A DNA stretch of 64,000 nt from an uncultured Acidobacteriota bacterium (GTDB lineage Bacteria > Acidobacteriota > Thermoanaerobaculia > Multivoradales > UBA5704), in NCBI GenBank assembly GCA_963770895.1, contig CAVYRF010000001.1, positions 832,001 to 896,000 on the forward strand, read 5' to 3'. The position numbers and the translations under genes were made by a program. Shown piece by piece: positions 37,154 through 46,739 of this stretch (its first letter is position 1; every line of letters starts with the position of its first letter). Below the pieces are notes generated by a model. The model saw only the letters and a program-made list of their open reading frames with translations, was not told the DNA's origin and ran no database searches.

Positions 37154-37166
37154 CTGGGTCTCCTCG

Positions 37167-37820
37167 CTAGCTGTCGCGCCGGCCGCCCAGGACCGCCTCG
37201 AAGAGGGCCTGGTAGCGGCGGCGGGCGCGGAACAGCACCATGTTGAACTCGGCGCGGGTGAGGCCCAAGTCGGCCTCGATGCGCTCCTTGTCCTCCTCCT
37301 CCAGGTAGAAGCGGAGCAGGACAAGACGGTCCCGCTCGATCGGCAGCTCGTCGAGCAGGCGGCGCGCCAGGCCGATCTTCTCCTGGCGCAGGAGGCTGGC
37401 GAGCGGTCCCGGTCCGGGGTCCGGCGGGTCGAGCGCGGCATGAAGCGGCGCCTCGCGCTCGCTGTGGCGGGACTGGCGCCGGTAGTGGTCGATGCTCAGG
37501 TTCCAGGCCAGGCCGCGCAGGAACGACGGCAGGCTTGCCGGGTCGCGCAGCTCGCCGCGGCGGAGCTTTTCGATCGCCCGGCTGAGGGTTTCCTGGCAGA
37601 GGTCCGCCGCCGTCTCACGGTCCCGCGTCCAGCGCCGGACCAGGAAGGCGAGGCCTTCGCCGTAGGTTTCCACCAGGATCTCTTCGGCCCGTCGATCGCC
37701 GGCCTGGATGCGGCGCACCAGGTCGGCCGCCTGTGGCGCCGCGTCGCTCACCAGGTCCTGCGGTTCGGGAGGGCGCCGGGCGCGGCTCTGCCGGCTGCTG
37801 AAGGCCAGTACGCTGGCCAT
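37167..37820 (-). CDS. ECF sigma-70 factor, second copy
   Basis: LVRRIQAGDRRAEE, DLCQETL, LRDPASLPSFL and FNMVLFRARRRY; paralogous to 30492..31106. Confidence 0.92.
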   Translation of the reverse strand: MASVLAFSSRQSRARRPPEPQDLVSDAAPQAADLVRRIQAGDRRAEEILVETYGEGLAFLVRRWTRDRETAADLCQETLSRAIEKLRRGELRDPASLPSFLRGLAWNLSIDHYRRQSRHSEREAPLHAALDPPDPGPGPLASLLRQEKIGLARRLLDELPIERDRLVLLRFYLEEEDKERIEADLGLTRAEFNMVLFRARRRYQALFEAVLGGRRDS

Positions 37821-37958
37821 GCTGTCTCCGCGGGCTGCCGTCCACGCGCCACCGAGCGCTGCGGAGCCCTCTCTACTGGACAGTGGCGGCAGGTCACGGA
37901 GAATTTCACCTCGGCTTCGCGCTTATAGCACGAATACTACGCCCAGGGATGGCCGGGC

Positions 37959-40900
37959 TCAGGGGGCCGGCACGCGCCAATCGCCTTCCAGGATAAACCC
38001 CGCCCAATAGTAGGGGTCGCGCCAGCGCGGCTGCTGCCGCAGGTCCAGCTGGGCCTGCCGCAGGGCCGCGGCGGGGGAGCGTCCGTCGCGGAGCATGGCG
38101 CGGTAGAAGCGCTGCATCAGCTCGGCGGTGGCGCGGTCGCGCACCGGCCAGAGGCTGGCCAGCACCTGCGAGGCGCCGGCGTGGAAAAACGCGCGGGTGA
38201 GCCCCAGGATCCCCTCACCGCGCACCGTCGCGCCCAGGGCGGTTTCGCAGCCGGAAAGCACCACCAGATCGGCGCCCAGCCGCAGCCGGTAGACGTCGTC
38301 GACGCGCAGGAATCCCTCCCGCGGCCGCCCCTGCTCGTCCACCCGCGACAGCACCAGGCCGGAGAGCGCGGGGTGGCGCGTGTCGAGCACGCCGTGGGTG
38401 GCGAAATGGAGCACCCGGTAGCGCGCCAGGGCACCGGTCGTCGCCAGCTCGCGGCTGGCCTGGAAATCGAGCGCCAGCAGCACCTGGCGGTCGCCGGCCT
38501 CGGCGGCGGCCATCTGCGCTTCGCGCCGGGTCCAGGGGAGGCGCGCGAAGCTCTCGCCCGCGGCGCCACGGTCGCGCGGGGCACCGTCGGCCGGTGCCGC
38601 CATCACTGCTGCCCCAGCCGCCGCCGGCGATCGGTCTGTGGGCGCCCCGCTACCGCTTTCGCCATCCCCTGCGCCACCGCCCGCGGCGGGCTGGCGCACC
38701 CGCGGATCGGCGAGGTCGAACACCGGGTCGGCGAGCACCGCCAGGGTTTCGGGCGCCGCCGGCCGGGCGGCGCGGGCGCGCCGCAGCTCGCGGACCACCG
38801 CCGCCGACGGCAGCTCGATCACCTCGTGGGCGGCGAGCAGCGGCTGGCCGGCGGCGGTGGCGGTGGCGGCATCGCCGGCGCAGGGACCGGCGCCGCAGCC
38901 GGCTGCGAGCTTGGGGTCGGATTCGGGCGGCTCGGGCAGGGCGCCGAAGGGGACGTAGAGCAGCGCCCCGTCGGCGACCACCGCCACGCGCTTGCCGCCC
39001 AGGCTGCCGGCGACCGGCGCCAGCAGCAGCCGGCCGAGCGCCGCCAGGTCCTGCCCGGCCTCCAGCCCGGCCGCGGCGCCGCCGCCCTGGCGCGGCGCCG
39101 CCAGCTGATCGTGCACCCGGTGCGCCAGCGCCTCGATCTGCGACCGGCCGGGCAGCTCGAAGCTGGCGAGCGACCGCGCCGTCAACCGCCACAGGTGGCT
39201 GTGCGGCTCGGCCAGGAAGTACTCCAGCAGGACGGTATCGTCGTCCAGCGCCTGCTGCTGCAGATCCGCCAGGCGCACGTCCGGTTGCTGCAAGAGCGCA
39301 TAGTCCGGGCTGCTGGCCGCGAGCCGCTCGGCGGCGATCTCGTAGCGCGTCGCGAGCGCCGCCAGGTCGGCGTCGAGCGCCGCCACCTCCGCCGCGCGCG
39401 CCGGCACGGCCAGGGCTTCGCCGCGCAGCGCCGCCTTGGCGTTGAGCTCCAGGCGCAGCCGCTCTTCCAGCTGCACCAGCGCCGGATCGCCCTGCCGCAG
39501 CTCGACGCGCGCCTCGCGCAGGAAGTCGAGCATGCCGCGCGCCCGCGCCCGCTCGGCCACCTCCAGGGCGCGGCCGCCCAGGCCGGCGGCGGGATCGGCG
39601 CGGTCGAGCTGCAGCAGGATGTCGATCTCCATCTCGTAGGCGCGGCGCTGCGCCGCGAGATACGCGACGCGCAGCTGGTCGCCCGCCGCCTCGGCGTGCA
39701 GCGACTCGATGCGGGTGAGCGCCTGCTCGATCGCCGTCCTGGCCGCCGCCAGGTCGCCGCGCGCCTGCTGCTGGCGCGCCATCTCTTCCAGCACGCGGAT
39801 CTCGTCGGTGGCGTCGGCCGCCTGCCGCGCCAGCGCCAGGGCGGCGGCGAGCGCGCGGGCGGCGGCGGGCGCATCGCCGCCGGCGTCGACCTGCGCCAGG
39901 CCCAGCCAGGCCTCGGCCTGGCCGGCCAGGTCGGCCCCGGCGCTGGCCAGGGCGAGCGCCTGCCGCAGCTCCTCGCCGGCGCGCGCCGCCTCGCCGCCGC
40001 CAAGGTGGAGAAAGCCCAGGGTGCGCAGCGCCGCGGCCTCGCCTTCCGGGTGGGCCATGGCGCGGCTGGTGGCCAGCGCCTGCTCGGCCAGGGTCGCCGC
40101 ATCCCGCGGCCGCTCCTGCGCCTGGGCGACGCGCGCCAGCAGCAGCCGGGCGCGGGCCTGGTCGCGCGGATCGCGCAGCAGCGGCAGGGCGCCCGCGAGC
40201 GCCGCCTGCGCCGCGTCGCCTTCGCCCATCTCCGCCAAGAGGCCGCCCAGGTCGACCCGCGCCAGCCCTTCGTTGGCCGGATCGTGGGCCGCGCGGTAGC
40301 TCTCGGCCGCCGCGGCCAGCGACTCGACCGCCTGGTGCACCAGGCCCAGGCGCAGATCCAGGCGCCCCAGGCGGTCCTGCGCCTCGGCCTCCAGGCTGGG
40401 GTTGTCCAGGCCGCGCGCCAGGGCGAGGGCGCGGGTGAAGTCGTCCAGCGCCTGGGTGGCGCGCCCCTCGCGCTCGTCGGCGCCGCCCAGGGCGTCCAGG
40501 ATCAACGCCTCCCCCGAGCGGTCGCCCTGGGCGCGGTAGATGCCCATCGCCCTCTCGAAGGCGGCGCGCGCCCCCGGCAGGTCGCCCAGGTCGGCCTGCA
40601 AGCGCGCCAGGTTGTAAAGGGTGTGCGCCACGCTGTAGGGCCGGTCCGCCGCCTCCTGCAGCGCCAGCGCCTGGCGGAAGGCGGCCAGGGCGCCGCGGGT
40701 GTCGCCCTGGTAGCGCCGCACGCGGCCGATCTGGTGCAGCGCCTTGCCCTCGCCGCCGCGGTCGCCCAGCTGGCGCCAGAGGTCGGCGGCGCGGGCGAAG
40801 AGCGGCGCCGCGGCGGCGGGCTGGTTGGCCAGGATCTCGCTTTCGCCCGCCAGGTAGCAGGCGGCGGCCTCGCCGCCGCGGTCGGCCAGGCGGCTCCAGG

Positions 40901-41531
40901 TGGGCAGCGTGCCGCGGCTCAGCTCCAGGGCCCTGGCCAGGTCGTCCGGGCTCCCCTGGTAGAGATGCTCGACGGCGGCGGCCAGGTCGGTTTCGGCGGC
41001 GGTGCGCAGGCGGTCCGCGGCGTGCGCCGGCCGGCGCGCGGCGAGGACGATGCGGTAGCTCCCCGCCGCCGCCTCGGTGGCGCTCTGCGGCGCGACCTCG
41101 AAGGTGTAGCGACCGCCGCCGGCGGCCACCACCGCGGCCGCCAGGTCGCCGTAGCGGTCGCTCGGGCTGGTCACCCGCAGCACCTCGGCGCCGGCCGGCG
41201 AGCGCACGACGATGCGCAGCGCCGCGCCCTGCATGGTGACCACCACGCGCGCGTAGTCGTCCGCGGCCAGATCGACGGTGTAGGCGTGGGCCGGCAGCCG
41301 GCGGGCGTCGCGGTCCAGGCTGACGCCAGGCTCCAGGGGCTCGGGTGAGTCTGCGGGTGAGGCGACGGACGGGATGGCGTTGCCGGCGAGCGCCGGCGCG
41401 ACGAGCAGCAGGAGGAACGGCAGGAGGACCGCGAAGCGGCGCCGCGGGCTCAGGCCGGCGCGCTGGCGGCGTCGGCGGCCTGGTGCGCCCGCGGGCGAGG
41501 ATCGACGCTCAGTATGCCTGGACGCCGCCAT
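37959..41531 (-). CDS. Exported TPR-CHAT (caspase-like) protease, second copy
   Basis: Signal peptide FAVLLPFLLLLVAPALA, TPR array, and dyad VLHFATHG / VVLSGCETALG. Confidence 0.93.
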   Translation of the reverse strand: MAASRHTERRSSPAGAPGRRRRQRAGLSPRRRFAVLLPFLLLLVAPALAGNAIPSVASPADSPEPLEPGVSLDRDARRLPAHAYTVDLAADDYARVVVTMQGAALRIVVRSPAGAEVLRVTSPSDRYGDLAAAVVAAGGGRYTFEVAPQSATEAAAGSYRIVLAARRPAHAADRLRTAAETDLAAAVEHLYQGSPDDLARALELSRGTLPTWSRLADRGGEAAACYLAGESEILANQPAAAAPLFARAADLWRQLGDRGGEGKALHQIGRVRRYQGDTRGALAAFRQALALQEAADRPYSVAHTLYNLARLQADLGDLPGARAAFERAMGIYRAQGDRSGEALILDALGGADEREGRATQALDDFTRALALARGLDNPSLEAEAQDRLGRLDLRLGLVHQAVESLAAAAESYRAAHDPANEGLARVDLGGLLAEMGEGDAAQAALAGALPLLRDPRDQARARLLLARVAQAQERPRDAATLAEQALATSRAMAHPEGEAAALRTLGFLHLGGGEAARAGEELRQALALASAGADLAGQAEAWLGLAQVDAGGDAPAAARALAAALALARQAADATDEIRVLEEMARQQQARGDLAAARTAIEQALTRIESLHAEAAGDQLRVAYLAAQRRAYEMEIDILLQLDRADPAAGLGGRALEVAERARARGMLDFLREARVELRQGDPALVQLEERLRLELNAKAALRGEALAVPARAAEVAALDADLAALATRYEIAAERLAASSPDYALLQQPDVRLADLQQQALDDDTVLLEYFLAEPHSHLWRLTARSLASFELPGRSQIEALAHRVHDQLAAPRQGGGAAAGLEAGQDLAALGRLLLAPVAGSLGGKRVAVVADGALLYVPFGALPEPPESDPKLAAGCGAGPCAGDAATATAAGQPLLAAHEVIELPSAAVVRELRRARAARPAAPETLAVLADPVFDLADPRVRQPAAGGGAGDGESGSGAPTDRSPAAAGAAVMAAPADGAPRDRGAAGESFARLPWTRREAQMAAAEAGDRQVLLALDFQASRELATTGALARYRVLHFATHGVLDTRHPALSGLVLSRVDEQGRPREGFLRVDDVYRLRLGADLVVLSGCETALGATVRGEGILGLTRAFFHAGASQVLASLWPVRDRATAELMQRFYRAMLRDGRSPAAALRQAQLDLRQQPRWRDPYYWAGFILEGDWRVPAP

Positions 41532-42273
41532 AGACGGTGGTGCACAGCGGGTGGCCCGGGACGTCGCCGTCGGGGTCGTGCACCTCCGGTTGGTGCCGGT
41601 GGCGGAAACACACCATCAGCAGGTGCCGGGCGGCGGCGTCGAGCGGCAGCGCCAGACCGCCGACGCTGTGCTGGCTGTTGCCGCGCAGGTCCAGCTCGGC
41701 CACGTACCTGAACTCCAGGCCGCCGCTGGGCTGCGGCTCCGGCTTGATCGGGTAGAAGTTCGGCTCGATGGTCAGCTCGTTGCGGGCCAGCCGGAGGGCG
41801 CCCGAGCGCGTCAACGGCCGGCTGTCGTCGAGCGGCATCTGGGTGCGCATGCCGAAGTCGCACTCCTTGTCCAGAACGGGCATCGTTTTGCGGCTCTCGC
41901 GCGTGGCGATGAAGAGGTCGCGGTTGCCGTAGCGGCTGCTCTCGCTGTCGAAGTCAACGCCGTCGCCCTCCGAGTCGTCCCGGCTGACGTGGCCGAGCAG
42001 CGCCTGTACTCCCAGCTGCGGCTCGTTGAGAAAACCCAGCCGGGCGAAATGCCTGTCTTGCGCCCCGACGTAGGATTCCTGTCCGAGGAGATGGTGTTGC
42101 AGCGAGATCGTCAGCGGGTCGCCCGCCAGCTCGAAGGTGGCGCGGAAACGCCCGTCCTCCCAGGCGATCCGCAGCGCCGTCACCGGCGCCTTCAGCACCG
42201 CGCCGCGGGGTCGATCTGGATTGAGGGTAAAGCGGTGCAGCTCCCAGACGTCGGCGTTGTCGTGTGTTTTCAT
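41509..42273 (-). CDS. Hypothetical protein (254 aa) overlapping the start of the CHAT gene
   Basis: AAGGAG RBS, protein-like composition, no recognisable motif. Confidence 0.75.
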   Translation of the reverse strand: MKTHDNADVWELHRFTLNPDRPRGAVLKAPVTALRIAWEDGRFRATFELAGDPLTISLQHHLLGQESYVGAQDRHFARLGFLNEPQLGVQALLGHVSRDDSEGDGVDFDSESSRYGNRDLFIATRESRKTMPVLDKECDFGMRTQMPLDDSRPLTRSGALRLARNELTIEPNFYPIKPEPQPSGGLEFRYVAELDLRGNSQHSVGGLALPLDAAARHLLMVCFRHRHQPEVHDPDGDVPGHPLCTTVYGGVQAY

Positions 42274-42513
42274 TTCGGCCAGGGCTCCTTCCTCGAGCGC
42301 ATCTCGCGTTGAACGATCAGAGTGTCAGCGAACAATCGATACCCAAAGTCCAGCGGATCGCCGGCGGCCGCCTGGCACAGCCGTCCGTCTGCGTCGAGCG
42401 AGGCCAAAAAGTATAGCAGCGGCCTGCTGCGCGCACCGGCGGCATCGGCGCACCTGGCGCCATGGGCGGCATCGGCGCCATTGGCGGTGTTGGCGGCATG
42501 GGCGGCTGCGGCG

Positions 42514-43276
42514 TCATCGGAAGCCTGCGGCGGCGCCCGCCCGGCGTAGCGGCGGGGGCCGGTCGCCCCCCTCCGGCACCGGCGGCGGCGAGCCCGCCCG
42601 GCGCCGCCAGAACGGCGACGCCGGCCACCGCCTCTCCAGGGCATAGTGGGCGGCCCGCTGCGCCAGGTAGTCCGCATAGGCGGCGCGGCCGTCCTGCCGC
42701 CGCCGCTCGCCCGCCAGGATCGCCGCGGCGCAGGCGCGCCCCGAGCGCAGGGCATGATCGATCCCCTGTGCCGCCAGCGGATCGGTGGCCGCCGCGGCAT
42801 CGCCGGCCAGCCACAGTCCGGCGCCGCCGCCGACCGTCAGGCAGCTCGCGGCGCCGCGCGTCACCAGCCGCCGCGGCGGCGACCAGCCGCGGACGCGGCG
42901 CTCGGTGTGGACTGGCGCCGGCCGCCGCCGCCGCGGCCGCCAGCATGCGGTCGAAGCGGCGGCGGTCCAGGTGCCAGGCGCAGCCCTGCGGGTCGAACAG
43001 GTGATCGCGATGGGTGAGGGCGCCGTCGCCCCAGGCGGAGCAGACGCCGAAGCCTGGCAGGTGCGCCGCCGCGGCGAAGCGCCGCCACAGGCCCAGCGCC
43101 GCCAGCTGGGCGCCGGTTGCGGGCGGCGCGGTTTCGCCCAGGCGCTCGCCCCGATAGTCCGACCCCTCGACCAGCGCCACCCGCGCGCCGCCGCGCGCCA
43201 GCTCCAACGCCGCGGCGGCGCCCGCCGGGCCGCCGCCCAGCACCACCACCTCGGCCGCCGCGGTGCCGCCCGTCAC
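42514..43276 (-). pseudogene. LodB/GoxB-like flavoprotein, internally deleted and frameshifted
   Basis: The N-part (VVVLGGGPAG, LGETAPP, SAWG, WHLDRRRFD.ML) joins near 42910 to a different frame carrying HTERR...LAGDAAAATDPLAAQGI...RWPASPFWRRR. Only 763 nt long. Confidence 0.82.
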
Positions 43277-45207
43277 GCCCCGCCGACCTCCGGCAGCTGG
43301 CGCTCGACTTCCAGGTATTCGGGCGCCACGGCGGTGCCCAGATTGCGCACCACGCCCAGGCCGTTCCAGTCGCTGACCATCTGCAGCGCGCCGTCCTCGT
43401 TGGCGACCGAGCGCAGGTAGATGGGCCGGCGGTACCTTCCCCGCGCCTCGCGACCGATCAGCGCGTCCACCGCGGCAAAGAACGCCTCGTCGCCGCGAAA
43501 CTCGCGGCCGGCGAGCGGGCGCAGCGCCGCGACGGCCGCCGCCGGCACGCCGTCGGCCTGCATGCCGGCCAGGCCCGCCGGCGTCACCAGGAAGACCGTC
43601 ACGTCCGGGATGCCGCGCGCCCATTCGACCTGGCGGAAGCGGTCGGCGGCGGTCCGCACCACCAGGGGGCGCGTCGCCGGCCACCAGGCCAGGGCCATCT
43701 GGTGCGGCGTGTCGCGGTCGATGGTCTGCGACGAGCACTCGAAGAAGTCGGCCTGCCAGGGCAGCGCCATCCGCTTGCCGAGGTCGCCCGGCTCGACGCC
43801 CGCCGCCAGGTCCTCGTCGAGGCTCAGGCCGCCGCCCGCCGCCAGGCGCCGCGGGCGGATGCGGAAGGGCGCGGCATAGATCCGCCGGTCGCGCGCGATC
43901 CAGGTCATCTCGATGCCCGGCGTGAAGGCGGCGCCGACGCAGTTTTCGAGCACCGCCCGGTCGAGCGCCGCGCCGGGGCCCGGCGGCCGCGCGGCGGCGC
44001 CGGCCACGAAGCGGCCCGCCACCCACTGTTCGAGCAGGAAGTACTGGGTGCGCGTCAGCGTCGCGCAGCGCTCGACCAGCACCGAGCTCATCTCGGGGTT
44101 GTCGCCGGCCAGCAGCGGCATCAGCCAGTGCAGGCCGTCCTCGCTGCGCACGCGGTTGGGGCTGCCGGCGGGCCGGATGCGGTCGAAGTAGTAGCGCCGG
44201 TGGCGCTCCTGCGCCGGATCGGGGTTGCCCAGCGCCTCGAGGTCGTAGAGGTGGGCGTGCGGCGGCAGGCGCGCCTGGCGCGCCTCGCCGTGGCCGGTCA
44301 CCCAATGCAGCGCCGCGCTGCGCGCCAGGATGGGCCGCACCTCCCGCTCCCAGCTGGGCCGGTAGTCGCGGTTCCAGGCGCCCTGGCGAAAGATCTCCGG
44401 CGCGTGCCCCAGCTCCCGCACCGCCACGTCGTACATCGCGTCCCAGAGGGTCACGGTGTTGGCGATCTGCGGCGCGTAGTCGGGCGGCGCCACCACCGCC
44501 CAGGCCGCCTGGGCCGCGATCCGGCCGCCGCTGCGCAGCACCACGACCGCGGTGACCGGACCGTCCGCCGTGTCGTCGAACCAACCGTCGTTGTTCGAGT
44601 AGTGGCGGATGCGCGGCGGCGGCGCCATCGAGCCGGAGCGGCCGAGCCCGCCCAGCACCAGCAGGCCGCCGGCGGCGTCGGTGCGCATCTCGCCCAGGGT
44701 GTCGATGGAGAAGGGGGCGAGCGCCGGCGGAAACGTCTGCGGGTAGCCGGGGTCGCCGGTGCCGCGGGCGAAGGCGGCGCGCCGGTTGGCGCCGGCGAGC
44801 GTGCGCGGTCCCGGATCGACGATCAGCTTGCGCCGCGCCGCCGGGTCGGTGATTGCGGCGTTGCGCAGCGGGTGCGTCGGAGCGTAGCCGGACTCGCCCT
44901 CCTTCTGCCGGAACTCGTACCAGATGGCCTTCTTGTTGGCCAGGTGGACCGTCCATTCGATGGCCGCCACGCCGTCCTCGCCGGGGCGCACCGGCCGGCC
45001 AGGATCGCCAGGCCCGTCATAGGCGTGGACGCGGAAGCGGCAGCCGCCGCGCCGCAGGCGGCCGCTCGCGTCGCGGAAGCGCTCCACCTCGCGCCCGTCC
45101 TCTTCGGTAGGCAGGCCGCCCGCCACCTCGGGAGTCAGGAAGTGGCTGTCCGGGCTGTTGCCGACGCGGGCGATGCCGATGCCGGGGTGAACTCTGTACT
45201 CAGTCAT
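43273..45207 (-). CDS. LodA/GoxA-family CTQ-dependent amino-acid oxidase
   Basis: YRVHPGIGIARVGNS, WTVHLANKKA, NNDGWFDDTADGPV, LENCVGAAFTPGIE (CTQ Cys), MALPWQADF (CTQ Trp) and WWPATRP. Confidence 0.93.
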   Translation of the reverse strand: MTEYRVHPGIGIARVGNSPDSHFLTPEVAGGLPTEEDGREVERFRDASGRLRRGGCRFRVHAYDGPGDPGRPVRPGEDGVAAIEWTVHLANKKAIWYEFRQKEGESGYAPTHPLRNAAITDPAARRKLIVDPGPRTLAGANRRAAFARGTGDPGYPQTFPPALAPFSIDTLGEMRTDAAGGLLVLGGLGRSGSMAPPPRIRHYSNNDGWFDDTADGPVTAVVVLRSGGRIAAQAAWAVVAPPDYAPQIANTVTLWDAMYDVAVRELGHAPEIFRQGAWNRDYRPSWEREVRPILARSAALHWVTGHGEARQARLPPHAHLYDLEALGNPDPAQERHRRYYFDRIRPAGSPNRVRSEDGLHWLMPLLAGDNPEMSSVLVERCATLTRTQYFLLEQWVAGRFVAGAAARPPGPGAALDRAVLENCVGAAFTPGIEMTWIARDRRIYAAPFRIRPRRLAAGGGLSLDEDLAAGVEPGDLGKRMALPWQADFFECSSQTIDRDTPHQMALAWWPATRPLVVRTAADRFRQVEWARGIPDVTVFLVTPAGLAGMQADGVPAAAVAALRPLAGREFRGDEAFFAAVDALIGREARGRYRRPIYLRSVANEDGALQMVSDWNGLGVVRNLGTAVAPEYLEVERQLPEVGGA

Positions 45208-46739
45208 CGTGCGCCTCCTGGCGTGTCGTTCGCCGCGGCGGCGGCGCCTGCGGCGCCGGCGGCGTTGGGGGTGCTGGCGGCGGCGCGGCCGCGCAGCCAA
45301 TCGGCGAGCAGGCCGGTGCCGCGGGCGGCGTCGTAGTACTCGCCGGTCAGGCAGCGCGCGACCGCCGCGCGCTCCTCCGGGGTGAGGCGCGGCGCCGGTC
45401 CCGGCCCCTGCTGCGACATCGGCGGCATCCAGCCCTGGGCGACGTGCACCGGCACCAGCGGCATGCTGGCGCCGGTCGTGGGATGGAGCAGGATCTCCAG
45501 GTCCTGGTCGCTGCGCAGCGCCTGCGGGTAGTTGATGTTGCCCAGCAGGGTCGGCGAATGGCAGCGGGCGCACTGCATGGCCTCGCGCAGCCTGGGGAAG
45601 GAGGCGGCGCCGACCGGCGCGGCGCAGCGCGCCAGCTGTTCGTCCGGGCGCGGCGCGCCGACCGGGCCGAGCGCCGGGCCGAAGCCTGCGGTGTCCATGT
45701 GGCGGCGGCCGGCGCCGTCGCCGCCGAAGTCGGGCGGGCCGTAGGCGGCGATCTTGTCGTTCAGCCAGCGGGGGATCTCGCCGTCGCCGTCGCCCTTGAC
45801 CACCAGCCTGCCGTCGGCGCCAAAACCGTACTCTGCGAGCGGGTGGATCGGCAGCACCGCCACCTTGTGGCAGTCGTAGCAGTTCTCGGTCTCGTGTCCC
45901 GCCTCCAGGCGCGTCTGCAGCTCGATCGTGCCGTCCGGCTTGTAGACCCGCCAGTGGTCGACCACCGCCGTCACCACCGGGCTGCCGGGCGGCGCCGCCG
46001 CCGGCGGCCGGCGCACGGCGACGACCGACAGGCTGAAGATCTGGTTCTTCCGCTTGTGGTCGCGCATGTCGGGCGTGGCGATGCCGAACTGCACCCACTG
46101 CTCGGGCTGGGCGCCGCGCTCGTCGGCCGGGATGTAGATGAAGAACCGGCCGTAGGTGGTCCGGTCGGGGGTCTTCAGGAAACGTGACTTGTAGAGCAGC
46201 GTCACCCAGCGCTCGGCGAGCGGCCGGCCGGCGTTGCGGCGGTCGACGATTTGCTGGGCTTGGCGATACCGCGCCGGGTCGCTCACCGCCGCCAGGAACT
46301 CCTGGCTGGTGAGCGGCGCCGGCAGCGCGATGTCGCGGCGCACCGTGTCCAGGTAGGTGCGGTCGGCGACGCGGAAACCGAACTTGTGATCGGGCAGCGA
46401 GCTGATGCCGGCGGCGGCGGCGAAGCGCTTGAGGTTGGCGACCACGGCGCCGCCGGGGGTCCCTTCTCCCAGCCGCTCCGGGCAGCGGGCCTGGGCGGCG
46501 GCGATCCCTTCCTGGATGCGCCACGCCAGGCGCGCCACCCTGTCGACTTCCAGGTAGCGCTCGCCGCCGGCCTGGCGGGTGGGGGTGAGCAGCTGCCGCA
46601 CGGCGCCGTCGCGCCACGCCGCCAGCTCCGCCGGGCTCATGGTGCACAGCGCCGCTTCGCCGCAGCCGCGCGGCGCGGCCAGCAGCACGCAGGCAAGGGC
46701 CACCGGCAGCAGGGTGAGCAGACGCCGCCAGCGGCTCAT
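45204..46739 (-). CDS. Exported protein with two CxxCH motifs (putative diheme c-type cytochrome), 511 aa
   Basis: GGAGG RBS, signal peptide MSRWRRLLTLLPVALACVLLAA, CYDCH and CARCH. ATGA overlaps at both ends. Confidence 0.75.
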   Translation of the reverse strand: MSRWRRLLTLLPVALACVLLAAPRGCGEAALCTMSPAELAAWRDGAVRQLLTPTRQAGGERYLEVDRVARLAWRIQEGIAAAQARCPERLGEGTPGGAVVANLKRFAAAAGISSLPDHKFGFRVADRTYLDTVRRDIALPAPLTSQEFLAAVSDPARYRQAQQIVDRRNAGRPLAERWVTLLYKSRFLKTPDRTTYGRFFIYIPADERGAQPEQWVQFGIATPDMRDHKRKNQIFSLSVVAVRRPPAAAPPGSPVVTAVVDHWRVYKPDGTIELQTRLEAGHETENCYDCHKVAVLPIHPLAEYGFGADGRLVVKGDGDGEIPRWLNDKIAAYGPPDFGGDGAGRRHMDTAGFGPALGPVGAPRPDEQLARCAAPVGAASFPRLREAMQCARCHSPTLLGNINYPQALRSDQDLEILLHPTTGASMPLVPVHVAQGWMPPMSQQGPGPAPRLTPEERAAVARCLTGEYYDAARGTGLLADWLRGRAAASTPNAAGAAGAAAAANDTPGGAR

